From positions 1,766 through 65,765 of the forward strand of contig JAZNDS010000049.1 of the NCBI GenBank assembly GCA_045588145.1: a stretch of DNA of 64,000 nucleotides, given 5' to 3'. The notes below the pieces were generated by a model, which saw nothing but the letters and a program-made list of their open reading frames with translations, made no database searches and was not told where the DNA came from. This DNA comes from Eubacteriales bacterium (GTDB taxonomy: Bacteria > Bacillota > Clostridia > Oscillospirales > CAG-272). Positions 48,218 through 57,155 of this stretch are shown piece after piece. The position numbers and the translations under genes were made by a program. Each line of letters starts with the position of its first letter. Position 1 is the first letter of the stretch.

Positions 48218-48917
48218 CCGATATAAGATCCTTTTTGTAGAGGATGAGGAAAATATCAAGGCCCTTGTGGGGGCCCTCTTGGAATCCAACGGCTATCAGG
48301 TGGTTTTTGCCAACAGCTTTGAAACCGGAAAGACAATGTATTATTCGCATATTCCTGATCTTGTCATTCTGGATCTCGGCTTACCCGATAAGGACGGCAG
48401 CGCCCTGCTTCAGAGGATACGAGAGCGGGATCTTACCCCGGTTATCGTGCTTTCCGCGCGCAATACCGAGGGGGAAAAGGTGCGGCTTCTCGATATGGGG
48501 GCCAATGACTATATCACCAAGCCCTTTGGCTCGTCCGAGCTTTTGGCCAGGGTGCGCTCCTCCCTGCGGGACTATCGGAATACGCACCAAAGCGAGAACG
48601 CAAGGGGGATATTCCGTGTCGCGGGGCTCGAGATCCGCTACGATTCCCGACGCGTCTTCCTGGAAAAAGAGGAGATACGGCTTACACAGACCGAATACAA
48701 TATTCTCGCTTACCTTTCCGAGCATACGGGTAAGGTAATGACCTATTCCGCTATCATCAAGGCCGTGTGGCGCGAGGGCCCCTGCGAAAGCAATATCAAG
48801 CGCCTGCAGGTCAATATGGCGAATATCCGCAAAAAGCTTGGCTTTTTCCCCGGGGGCGTCAGCTACATCGTGAATGAGCTGGGGGTCGGCTACCGTATGA
48901 AGGATGCGCTGGAATAA
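48207..48917 (+). CDS. KdpE-like OmpR-family response regulator
   Basis: 'VEDE', 'LDLGLPD', 'GANDYITKPF', 'LQVNMANIRKK'. Confidence 0.9.
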   Translation: MNNNRYKILFVEDEENIKALVGALLESNGYQVVFANSFETGKTMYYSHIPDLVILDLGLPDKDGSALLQRIRERDLTPVIVLSARNTEGEKVRLLDMGANDYITKPFGSSELLARVRSSLRDYRNTHQSENARGIFRVAGLEIRYDSRRVFLEKEEIRLTQTEYNILAYLSEHTGKVMTYSAIIKAVWREGPCESNIKRLQVNMANIRKKLGFFPGGVSYIVNELGVGYRMKDALE

Positions 48918-49050
48918 GCATAAAGATTTTTTGCATTTCTTTACCCCATCTTAATTACTTTTTTGCTATGATAAAGGGGAATGTCTTTGCTTCGAACGCA
49001 ACTTATTTCGGATTTATTAAAATTTACATAAAAAAGAACGGGAGAGAACT

Positions 49051-50220
49051 ATGGAAATCTGGAACGCACTCAAGACCCTTTTCAACGGCCTTGTCGGCTT
49101 TGCGGAGGGCGACAACTGGAAAATGATCCTGATGTGGATCATCGGCGGGATCCTTATCTACCTCGCCATCAAAAAGGAAATGGAACCGACTCTTCTTTTA
49201 CCGATCGGCTTCGGGGCGATCTTGATGAATTTCCCCGGCGTTGTGACGGTGGCCGAAAACGGAGAGGTGATCTACAGCGGGATCGCGGAGCCCTTGCATA
49301 CCCTGTATACCGCGGGTATCGCGAGTGAGCTTTTCCCCCTGCTTCTCTTTATCGGTATCGGCGCGATGATCGACTTCGGGCCCCTGCTTAACAATCCGAA
49401 GCTGATGATCTTCGGCGCGGCGGCGCAGTTCGGTATCTTCTTCACGCTTTGCATGGCTTCGATCTTCTTCCCCGAGGCGAAGGACTTTGCCTCGATCTCG
49501 ATCATCGGCGCGGCAGACGGTCCCACCTCGATCGTCGTTGCCAACGCCCTCGGCTCGAACTATATCGGGGCGATCACGGTAGCCGCTTATTCCTATATGG
49601 CGCTGGTGCCGATCATTCAGCCCCCCGTTATCAAGCTTCTGACCACCAAGGAGGAGCGCAGGATCCGTATGTCCTATAAGCAGAACGACGTATCCAAGAC
49701 CACCAAGATCCTCTTCCCGATCGTCATTTCGGTCGTCGCTTGCATCTTCGCCCCCGGCGCCGGATCACTTATCGGCTTCCTTATGTTCGGTAACCTTATC
49801 CGTGAGTGCGGCGTTCTCGATTCGATCTCGGAGACCGCGCAGAAGGTGCTGGCCAACCTCATCACCATCTTCCTCGGTATCACCATCGCCTTTAATATGA
49901 CGGCCTCGCAGTTCCTTAACCTGCAAACGCTTCTTATTATGGGTCTTGGTCTTATCGCCTTTGTCGTCGATACCGCGGGCGGTGTTCTCTTTGCTAAGCT
50001 TTATAACGTTTTCGCCCGTATGACCAAGAAAGAGCTTATCAACCCCATGATCGGCGCCGCCGGTATCTCCGCCTTCCCGATGTCGGGCCGTATCGTGCAT
50101 AAGCTGGGGCTTGAGGAGGATCCGCAGAACTTCCTCTTGATGCATTCGATCGGGGTAAACGTATCGGGCCAGATCGCCTCGGTCATCGCGGGCGCTTTGG
50201 TACTTGGTTTCTTTATTTAA
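49051..50220 (+). CDS. oadB: Na+-translocating decarboxylase beta subunit
   Basis: 'IGAMIDFGPL', 'IIGAADGPTS', 'VAAYSYMALVP'. Confidence 0.92.
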   Translation: MEIWNALKTLFNGLVGFAEGDNWKMILMWIIGGILIYLAIKKEMEPTLLLPIGFGAILMNFPGVVTVAENGEVIYSGIAEPLHTLYTAGIASELFPLLLFIGIGAMIDFGPLLNNPKLMIFGAAAQFGIFFTLCMASIFFPEAKDFASISIIGAADGPTSIVVANALGSNYIGAITVAAYSYMALVPIIQPPVIKLLTTKEERRIRMSYKQNDVSKTTKILFPIVISVVACIFAPGAGSLIGFLMFGNLIRECGVLDSISETAQKVLANLITIFLGITIAFNMTASQFLNLQTLLIMGLGLIAFVVDTAGGVLFAKLYNVFARMTKKELINPMIGAAGISAFPMSGRIVHKLGLEEDPQNFLLMHSIGVNVSGQIASVIAGALVLGFFI

Positions 50221-50233
50221 GGAGGAATAAAAC

Positions 50234-50389
50234 ATGGACGGATTGATCTTCAGCCCTATCGCTTTCGTTAACAATCTTGTGTATATGCTTGCCGGCATGC
50301 TGGGCGTTTTTCTGATCATCGGGATCATCATCGGCGCCACCATCTGCTTGCAGAAGTATACGGGCAAGAAAAAGAAGGGTGACGAATAA
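50234..50389 (+). CDS. small single-TM OadG-like (gamma/delta) subunit, 51 aa
   Basis: AAGGAGG RBS; my translation MDGLIFSPIAFVNNLVYMLAGMLGVFLIIGIIIGATICLQKYTGKKKKGDE; 'GM.GVF' resembles the OadG TM segment; absent from the ORF track. Confidence 0.75.
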   Translation: MDGLIFSPIAFVNNLVYMLAGMLGVFLIIGIIIGATICLQKYTGKKKKGDE

Positions 50390-50405
50390 GGGGGTCCCCC
50401 GAGAG

Positions 50406-50434
50406 AAAAGAGGATGCAAGGCGCATCCTCTTTT
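50406..50434 (+). terminator. intrinsic terminator
   Basis: AAAAGAGGATGC-aaggc-GCATCCTCTTTT. Confidence 0.8.
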
Positions 50435-50440
50435 GTTGTA

Positions 50441-51140
50441 TAACGAAAACCACGCGATAGTCGCGTGGTTCAAAAAAGGTTAACCGGTAAAAAGAAATCC
50501 TCCAATATGTTATAATAAAGTGACCTGCCAGTCAGAATAAAAAACATATTGGAGGATTTATCTATGAAAAAAGAGACCATAGACAGTAATATTTTAGCAC
50601 ATACATCGTGGAATTGCAAGTATCACATTGTCTTTGCGCCAAAGTATAGGCGCAAGGTGTTTTTCGAAGAAAAACGGTTAGAGATAAGAGAAATATTGCG
50701 AAAATTATGCCAATGGAAAGGGGTAGAAATAATAGAGGGAGAGGTATGCCCGGACCACATACATATACTGGTAAGCATCCCGCCCAAAATGAGCGTTTCG
50801 GGATTTATGGGGTATCTCAAAGGGAAAAGTGCGCTATTGATATTTCAAAAGTGGGGTAATATGAAATTTGCATACCGAAATCGCGAATTTTGGTGTAAGG
50901 GATATTACGTAGATACCGTGGGGAAAAATACGAAAGCGATAAAAGAATATATAGCCGAACAGTTGAAACAGGATAAGGAGAGCGACCAAATAGCAATGTT
51001 TGACCCACGGGACCCATTTATGGGTAGTAAGTAACAGATGCATGGCTGGCAGGCCAATTTAAAACGCACTTGTGCGTCGCCAGTAATATTTAGGGTTTTA
51101 CCCGAAAATGAAAAACCCCCCGTTTTACGGGGGGATTTTT
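50441..51140 (+). mobile_element. IS200-type (IS200/IS605 family, tnpA only) insertion sequence; ends approximate
   Basis: AT-rich block; left hairpin AACCACGCGA-tag-TCGCGTGGTT; right hairpin CCCCCG-tttta-CGGGGG; Y1 transposase inside; sits between two terminators. Confidence 0.88.
50564..51034 (+). CDS. tnpA: IS200 Y1 (HUH) transposase
   Basis: 'YHIVFAPKYRR', HUH 'DHIHIL', 'FWCKGYYVDTVG', catalytic Tyr in 'IKEYI'. Confidence 0.95.
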   Translation: MKKETIDSNILAHTSWNCKYHIVFAPKYRRKVFFEEKRLEIREILRKLCQWKGVEIIEGEVCPDHIHILVSIPPKMSVSGFMGYLKGKSALLIFQKWGNMKFAYRNREFWCKGYYVDTVGKNTKAIKEYIAEQLKQDKESDQIAMFDPRDPFMGSK

Positions 51141-51150
51141 ATTGTAAAGA

Positions 51151-51208
51151 AAAGAGGCAACCGAAAGCCGAATCCCTTGTAGGGACTCGGCTTTCGGTTG
51201 CCCTTTTT
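51151..51208 (-). terminator. long hairpin terminator
   Basis: GGCAACCGAAAGCCGA.TCCCT-tgt-AGGGA.TCGGCTTTCGGTTGCC flanked by A/T runs. Confidence 0.75.
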
Positions 51209-51222
51209 TCTTTTTGAGAAGC

Positions 51223-52806
51223 TTATTTGGTGTTGGCCTCGGTCTCAAAGTGCGATTCGCTTCCCCAAGTGCCGTCGGTCTTGACGTCGGGCTTGGTATG
51301 GGAGCCCGCGTTCTGCAGATGGCAGCAATCGATCAGGCGGTAGAAATAATCGAAGATCCTTTCGTTGCGCTCCCCGCCCGTGCGGATAAACTCGGCATCA
51401 ATGAGGCCGCGCAGGTAAAAGAGCTGCCAGCGGGCCGAGGAACGGACCTCTTCGGATACGGCCCCGTTCAGGCGCTTCATCGCTTCCTCAATGGCGAAGA
51501 CCTTCTCGGGCTTATCAATGGTGACGGTATGGGCCTCGCGGTCAAGCTTGCGGTACAGCGTTTCTTCCATATCGGCGACGGTTTTGACAGCAAGCTCCAA
51601 AAGCTCTCCGCTTAAGCCGAACTCGTAAGAAAAATACTCACGGACGGTATCGATCGCCTTCTGGTTGTCGCGGTAGAAGCGAAGCATGATCGCCTTATTC
51701 AGATCCTCGAACAGCCCCTCGGAATAGGGGAAGCCGCCCTCCAGCTTATCGCCAAAGCGGTCCCACACCTCCTGCAAAAGCTTCGGCAGGGGATTGGCGC
51801 CGTAGCCGCCCCAGGGCGTTGCGCCGCGCATGCTGATCTCGGGGAAGCCGACGATGGGACGCTCCATCTCGTGCGTCACGGCGTAGCGGTTGCACATCGG
51901 CTCGGACATAAAGTAGCTGACCTCGGGAAGGCGACCCGCCTTCATCGCGGCGTTGATGCCCTCGAATTCGACCGAGGTGGTCGTGAAGGTGCCGAACTGC
52001 CAAAGCGAGCAGATGATCTCAACGTTCGGCCAGGCCTCCTTCAGCAGCGGAATGATGGCCTCGCAGGTGCGGACATAGCCGTTCGAGCCCCACGGGGCGC
52101 ATTTGGGGCAGCTACACCCCCCTTGGTCATAGGCACCGATGGTGATGATATCGGGATTGATATCGCGGAAGACCTCCAGCCATTCCTTGCGGTATTCCAC
52201 GATCTTTTCGATCCCCCCCTCGACCGAGGGGCAGATCTCCACGTGATAGTGCGAGTTAAGCGGGTATACGTAGCCGTCATGCCCCGCCGTCCAGTCGGCG
52301 CGCAGATGCTTGGGGCTGTCGGCAAAGGCTTCGTTGGAAAGGACCATGATCTGGGTCTTTACGCCAAGGTCACGGGCGGCGGCAAGCATCGCGTAGAGAC
52401 GGTCGCTGCACTTTTTGCCCTCTGCCATATTGTGATAATGGTGCATATCGAACCAGACGGCAAAGGAGTTCATGCCCCAGAAGGCGAGATCGGCAACGTA
52501 TTCCTCGATCTCCTCGATCGGCGCCGCGTCCAGATAGTTCTGGAAATGGGTCGCGAAATACATCCCACTGACCTTTTTGTGCGAGGTAAAGGTCCCTTCA
52601 ACCGAGGGATCGCGCAGAACGCGCCCCGCGGTGTTGAGAAGCTCGGAATACGAGCCGGCACTTATAACGCCCCCCTCGATCTTCCCGGTGTATTCGGAAA
52701 GGCCTTCGTCGATAAGAAGGGTGTAGTCGCCGCCTTTTTTCAGGCGCTTTTCAAAGGCTTTGGCAATGCGGGCAAGAATTTTGTCCTCTTGGTTATAAGT
52801 GATCAT
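51223..52806 (-). CDS. hypothetical protein, possibly glycoside-hydrolase-like barrel
   Basis: 527 aa with host-like codon usage; aromatic/His-rich motifs 'YFATHFQNY', 'WFDMHHY', 'DQGGCSCPKCAPWG'. Confidence 0.6.
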   Translation of the reverse strand: MITYNQEDKILARIAKAFEKRLKKGGDYTLLIDEGLSEYTGKIEGGVISAGSYSELLNTAGRVLRDPSVEGTFTSHKKVSGMYFATHFQNYLDAAPIEEIEEYVADLAFWGMNSFAVWFDMHHYHNMAEGKKCSDRLYAMLAAARDLGVKTQIMVLSNEAFADSPKHLRADWTAGHDGYVYPLNSHYHVEICPSVEGGIEKIVEYRKEWLEVFRDINPDIITIGAYDQGGCSCPKCAPWGSNGYVRTCEAIIPLLKEAWPNVEIICSLWQFGTFTTTSVEFEGINAAMKAGRLPEVSYFMSEPMCNRYAVTHEMERPIVGFPEISMRGATPWGGYGANPLPKLLQEVWDRFGDKLEGGFPYSEGLFEDLNKAIMLRFYRDNQKAIDTVREYFSYEFGLSGELLELAVKTVADMEETLYRKLDREAHTVTIDKPEKVFAIEEAMKRLNGAVSEEVRSSARWQLFYLRGLIDAEFIRTGGERNERIFDYFYRLIDCCHLQNAGSHTKPDVKTDGTWGSESHFETEANTK

Positions 52807-52833
52807 TTTCTTTCTCCTTTTCGGGATCAAAAA

Positions 52834-53562
52834 TTATTCCTCTTCCCAGTTGTGAAAGACGTTCAAAACGTCGTCGTCATCCTCCAGGCGCTCCAAAAGA
52901 AGCTCCATCATCTTGATATCCTCTTCGTCGGTCAGCTTGACGTAGGAGGAGGGGATCATCGTGCGGTCGGCCGAATCCAGCTTATAGCCCGCCGCCACCA
53001 GGGCATCGCGTACCGCGGAAAGATCGTCGGTCTCGGTGTAGATCTCGTAGCAGCCCTCGTCCCCCTCAAAATCCGAGGCGCCCGCCTCGAGGGCAGCCTC
53101 CATCAGGGTATCCTCGTCGATCTCGTCATCCTCGTCCACAATCGTGATAAGCCCCTTCTCCTCAAACATGAAGCTGACGCTTCCGGTCTGACCGAGGTTG
53201 CCGTGGAATTTCGAGAAATACGAGCGGACCGCCCCCGCCGTGCGGTTGCGGTTGTCGGTCGTGGTCTCCACGATCACGGCAACGCCGTTGGGGCCGTAGC
53301 CCTCGTAGGTGATCTCCTCGTAGTCGATGTTGTTATCGGTCGAAAACTTCTTGATGCAGCGCTCGATGTTATCGTTCGGCACGTTGTTGGCCTTGGCCTT
53401 GGCAATGAGATCCCGCAGCTTGCTGTTGTTGTCGGGATTGGGACCGCCCGCCTTGATGGCAACCGCCATCTCCTTGCCGATCTTGGTAAAGATCTTTCCC
53501 TTCTGGGCGTCGGTCTTTTCCTTCTTGCGCTTGATGTTGTTCCATTTGCTATGTCCGGACAT
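52834..53562 (-). CDS. YebC/PmpR family protein
   Basis: 'MSGHSKWNNIK', 'YEGYGPNGVA', 'TDNRNRT'. Confidence 0.95.
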   Translation of the reverse strand: MSGHSKWNNIKRKKEKTDAQKGKIFTKIGKEMAVAIKAGGPNPDNNSKLRDLIAKAKANNVPNDNIERCIKKFSTDNNIDYEEITYEGYGPNGVAVIVETTTDNRNRTAGAVRSYFSKFHGNLGQTGSVSFMFEEKGLITIVDEDDEIDEDTLMEAALEAGASDFEGDEGCYEIYTETDDLSAVRDALVAAGYKLDSADRTMIPSSYVKLTDEEDIKMMELLLERLEDDDDVLNVFHNWEEE

Positions 53563-53580
53563 ATTCGGTAACTCCTTGTC

Positions 53581-55293
53581 TTAAATCTTTTCGGGGGTCT
53601 TCAGGCAGATCAGGTGCAAAGCACGGGCCAGCACCGTGTGAACGGCGCTTGTCAGGGCGATACGCTCACAGCGGATCTCCTCGCTCTCGGCCGAGAGGAT
53701 CTGACACTCATGATAGAAGCGGTTAAAGGCGGTGCAAAGCTCCAAAATATAGCGGGTGATCACCGAGGGCTCGTAGGCCTCAAGGGCATCCAGCACACGC
53801 TCGGGGAAAAGGCCCAGAACCTTTATAAGCTCCTTTTCCTCGGCCGTCGGGGTGCGTAGGAACTTCACCTCGCCCGTCACTTCGCCCGCGCGTTCAAGCA
53901 GCGAGCAGGTGCGCGCGTAGGTATACTGGGCGTAGGGCCCGGTCGCTCCGTCAAAGGAAAGGGCGTCGGCAAGCGAGAAGTTGATATCGTGCATACGGTT
54001 TCCGGAGAGATAGTAGAAGATAATCGCGCCGACACCGACCGCCTCGGCCACCTCGCGGTCCTTGGCCGAAACGTTATTCTTCTCGGCTCCGATCTCCTGT
54101 ACCTTTTCGATCGCCTCGCGGAACAGATCCTTCAAGAGAACGACGTTGCCGGTACGGGTGGCGAGCTTGGCGCCGTTCAGGCTTACCGTGCCGTAGGGCA
54201 CGTGCACGAGCTTCTTGGCCCATTCGTCCCCCATCAGCTCCAGCACCTTGAACCACTGGGCAAAGTGAAGCGATTGCCCCGCGCTCGTCACATAGATGCA
54301 TTTTTCAAAATCGTAGGTCTTCTTGCGGTATACGGCGGCCGCGATATCGCGGGTCGGATACAGGGTCGAGCCGTCACGCTTCAGGATAAGGCAGGGCGGC
54401 ATCTTGTATTCTTCAAGCGATACGACCGAAGCGCCGTCGTCGATCGTTAAAAGATTCTTTTCCTTCATACGCGCGATCTCGGCGGGCATCTTGTCGGTAT
54501 AGAAGCTTTCGCCGTTGTAGCTGTCGAAGGTGATGCCCAGCAGCTTATAGGTCTTTTCGTATTCGCGCAGGCTGATCGTTTTGAACCATTGCCACAGCGC
54601 CAGGTTTTCTTCGTCCCCGGCCTCCAGCTTGGCAAACTCGGCGCGCGCCTGCTCGTTCAGGCTCTCGTCCTTTTCGGCCTCGGCGTGGAAGCGGACGTAA
54701 AGCGATACCAGCTCGTCGATCTCCCTTTCCTCGACCGTCGCGCGGTCTCCCCACAGGCGGTAGGCGACGATCAGCTTACCGAACTGGGTTCCCCAGTCGC
54801 CAAGGTGATTGATGCCGACACAGCGGTAGCCCGCGAACTCGTGCAGAAGCTTCAGCGAATGGCCGATGACCGTGGTGCCGAGGTGCCCGATGTGAAAGGG
54901 CTTGGCGACGTTCGGTGACGAATAGTCAAGCACCACCGTCTTTCCCTTTCCGATACGGGGAGAGCCGTATTCCTCCCCCTCGCTTTTTATGGTGGAAAGC
55001 AGGCGGCGGGCCATTTCGGCGGTGTTGATAAAGAAGTTAAGGTAGCCGCCAACGGCGCGCACTTCGGTAAAGGCGGGGTGCGAAATGGCGGCCGACAGCG
55101 CTTCGGCGATCTTCGGCGGGGCCATACGAAGTGCCTTCGAAAGGCGGAAGCAGGGGAAAGCGAGATCCCCGAGCGACGGGTCGGGCGGATATTCAAGCAG
55201 GGAAACGATCTCCTCTTCGCAGGGGATCTCTCCTTGGAAGGCCGCGGCGGCCCCCGTGATCAGGGCGGCGGCTGTTTTTTTCAATTCGATCAT
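53581..55293 (-). CDS. argS: arginine--tRNA ligase
   Basis: 'DYSSPNVAKPFHIGH', 'GDWGTQFG', 'GPYAQYTYAR'. Confidence 0.95.
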   Translation of the reverse strand: MIELKKTAAALITGAAAAFQGEIPCEEEIVSLLEYPPDPSLGDLAFPCFRLSKALRMAPPKIAEALSAAISHPAFTEVRAVGGYLNFFINTAEMARRLLSTIKSEGEEYGSPRIGKGKTVVLDYSSPNVAKPFHIGHLGTTVIGHSLKLLHEFAGYRCVGINHLGDWGTQFGKLIVAYRLWGDRATVEEREIDELVSLYVRFHAEAEKDESLNEQARAEFAKLEAGDEENLALWQWFKTISLREYEKTYKLLGITFDSYNGESFYTDKMPAEIARMKEKNLLTIDDGASVVSLEEYKMPPCLILKRDGSTLYPTRDIAAAVYRKKTYDFEKCIYVTSAGQSLHFAQWFKVLELMGDEWAKKLVHVPYGTVSLNGAKLATRTGNVVLLKDLFREAIEKVQEIGAEKNNVSAKDREVAEAVGVGAIIFYYLSGNRMHDINFSLADALSFDGATGPYAQYTYARTCSLLERAGEVTGEVKFLRTPTAEEKELIKVLGLFPERVLDALEAYEPSVITRYILELCTAFNRFYHECQILSAESEEIRCERIALTSAVHTVLARALHLICLKTPEKI

Positions 55294-56123
55294 TGGTCTG
55301 ACTCCTTACAAGAAAGCGGAATAAAGGCGGAAAGGGGAGAGGGGCGCCCGCCGGTTACGCGGCAGGGGATCAGCTTTTTGCCGTCACAAAGATGCGCCTC
55401 GGCCACCTCGGCCCCCGAAAGCAGATAAAAGCGCCCGTTCCTTTCGCACACGCGCGGAAGCGGCAGGGGCATGCCGAATTTCAATTCGGCGCGAAGGCCG
55501 GCAAGAACGTCAAGGCACAGGGTATCCTTTTTGTAGGAAAGACGGTAGGGGGAAAGCAGGGCGAGGCGGAAATCGGGCAACGAAAGGCGGGCATTCAGGC
55601 TATGAAGGATCGCCTCGGCCACCTCCTCGGGCGAAAGATAGGTGGTATCCAGCACAAGGTCATAGTTGCGAAGGTCGGTGATATGTACGCCGTATTTTTC
55701 AAAGTAGCGCTTGTTTTCGCTGTTGCGGCGGATACGGATCCGCGCGGCCGCCTCCTCCACGCTCCCGAACCGCTCCACGTCGCGGTTATCGTTTAAAATG
55801 CGGGTGGCGGAGACCAAAGGGTCGGTGGAAAGATAGACCGAAAAGCTTCCCTCTACAAAATGAAAGGCCATACGCGAATCGACAATGTAATCGCCGCTTT
55901 CGCGGGAAAGCGCGCAAAGCCCGTCGTCGATCTCCCGATCTACCTCGGGATGGGTCTCCATATATACGTTAAATTCGTCAATGCTCATGCCGTGTCTTTT
56001 GGCGAGCGCGCGGCAGACGGTGCCCGTCGAATAGTAAGTGGCGCCGGTTCTCTCGATCAGGATCTTTGAGACCGTGCTTTTCCCACTGCCGAGATCTCCG
56101 GCGAGTGCGATCTTGAAGCTCAT
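55290..56123 (-). CDS. cytidylate-kinase-like P-loop protein (archaeal-type Cmk-like) with C-terminal extension
   Basis: 'GDLGSGKST', 'STGTVCRALA', 'VDSRMA', 'R...ENKRY...YG', 'YDLVLDT'. Confidence 0.8.
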   Translation of the reverse strand: MSFKIALAGDLGSGKSTVSKILIERTGATYYSTGTVCRALAKRHGMSIDEFNVYMETHPEVDREIDDGLCALSRESGDYIVDSRMAFHFVEGSFSVYLSTDPLVSATRILNDNRDVERFGSVEEAAARIRIRRNSENKRYFEKYGVHITDLRNYDLVLDTTYLSPEEVAEAILHSLNARLSLPDFRLALLSPYRLSYKKDTLCLDVLAGLRAELKFGMPLPLPRVCERNGRFYLLSGAEVAEAHLCDGKKLIPCRVTGGRPSPLSAFIPLSCKESDQ

Positions 56124-56245
56124 TTCCTTTCCCGTCCTTATATATACATTATAATACTACAATATTATACACAACAAAAAACGCTCTGTCAACCTTCTTT
56201 TCGGGAAAAGGACGCCAAATTGCAAATTTTCCCAGATGCCCTGCC

Positions 56246-56275
56246 GCATAAGGCGGCAAAGGAGAGGGGAATAAT
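56246..56275 (+). promoter_or_regulatory. candidate sigma-F/G-type promoter for sigG
   Basis: GCATA-15 bp-GGGGAATAAT resembles the forespore sigma-F consensus. Confidence 0.4.
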
Positions 56276-56305
56276 CGGGATAAATACAAAAAAGGCGGTA
56301 GAAGA

Positions 56306-57079
56306 TTGTATACCCATAAGGTGGAAATATGCGGCGTGAACACCTCACGCCTTACAACGCTTTCGGATGAGGAAAAAAGAGAGCTCCTGATCCTTTCCAA
56401 GGGGGGCGACAAGGAGGCCAGGGAAAAGCTGATCCTCGGAAATCTGCGGCTTGTGCTTTCAATCATCCAGCGCTTCTCGCAACGGAAGGAAAGCGCCGAC
56501 GATCTCTTTCAGGTGGGCTGCATCGGCCTGATGAAGGCGATCGATAATTTCAACGTTGAGCTGGACGTCAAATTCAGCACCTACGCGGTCCCGATGATCA
56601 TCGGGGAGGTGCGGCGCTACCTGCGGGATAATTACCCGATACGGGTATCGCGCTCGCTGCGGGAGCTGGCGTACCGCTCCCTCGGGGTGAGAGAACAGAT
56701 CCTGCGGGAGGAAAATCGGGAGCCGAGCACCGAGGAGATCGCCAAGGCACTGGGCGAGAAAAAGGAGAACGTCGGGCGCGCGATGGAGGCGATCGTGGAG
56801 CCGGTCTCGCTTTTCGAATCGGTCTACAGCGACGGAGAGGACGAGGTATGCGTGATCGACCAGCTTCGTGACGCCGAGGAATCCGAGGATAGCTGGATCG
56901 AGGATATCTCGCTGCGGGAGGCCATGAAGAAGCTGGGAGGGCGAGAGCGCTTCATCATCGAAAAACGCTTTTACGCGGGTAAAACGCAAATGGAGATCGC
57001 TGAGGAGATCGGGATCAGCCAGGCGCAGGTATCCCGCCTTGAAAAATCGGCTATTGACCGGATAAGAGAGGAATTTTGA
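56306..57079 (+). CDS. sigG: sporulation sigma factor G
   Basis: N-terminal 'KVEICGVNTS', 'GNLRLVLS', 'DDLFQVGCIGLMKAIDNF', 'GISQAQVSRLEK'; TTG start. Confidence 0.9.
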   Translation: MYTHKVEICGVNTSRLTTLSDEEKRELLILSKGGDKEAREKLILGNLRLVLSIIQRFSQRKESADDLFQVGCIGLMKAIDNFNVELDVKFSTYAVPMIIGEVRRYLRDNYPIRVSRSLRELAYRSLGVREQILREENREPSTEEIAKALGEKKENVGRAMEAIVEPVSLFESVYSDGEDEVCVIDQLRDAEESEDSWIEDISLREAMKKLGGRERFIIEKRFYAGKTQMEIAEEIGISQAQVSRLEKSAIDRIREEF

Positions 57080-57116
57080 TATTTCTTCGAAAACAAAACT
57101 TTGCAAACGGCAAAAA

Positions 57117-57150
57117 AGAAAAAACGGCGTTCGAAAACGCCGTTTTTTCT
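57117..57150. terminator. bidirectional terminator
   Basis: AGAAAAAACGGCGTT-cgaa-AACGCCGTTTTTTCT. Confidence 0.8.
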
Positions 57151-57155
57151 ATAGA

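Noticed and set aside
51035-51140. tnpB or omega-RNA in the IS200/IS605 element
   Set aside because: Only ~100 bp separate the tnpA stop from the right-end hairpin; no tnpB remnant is visible
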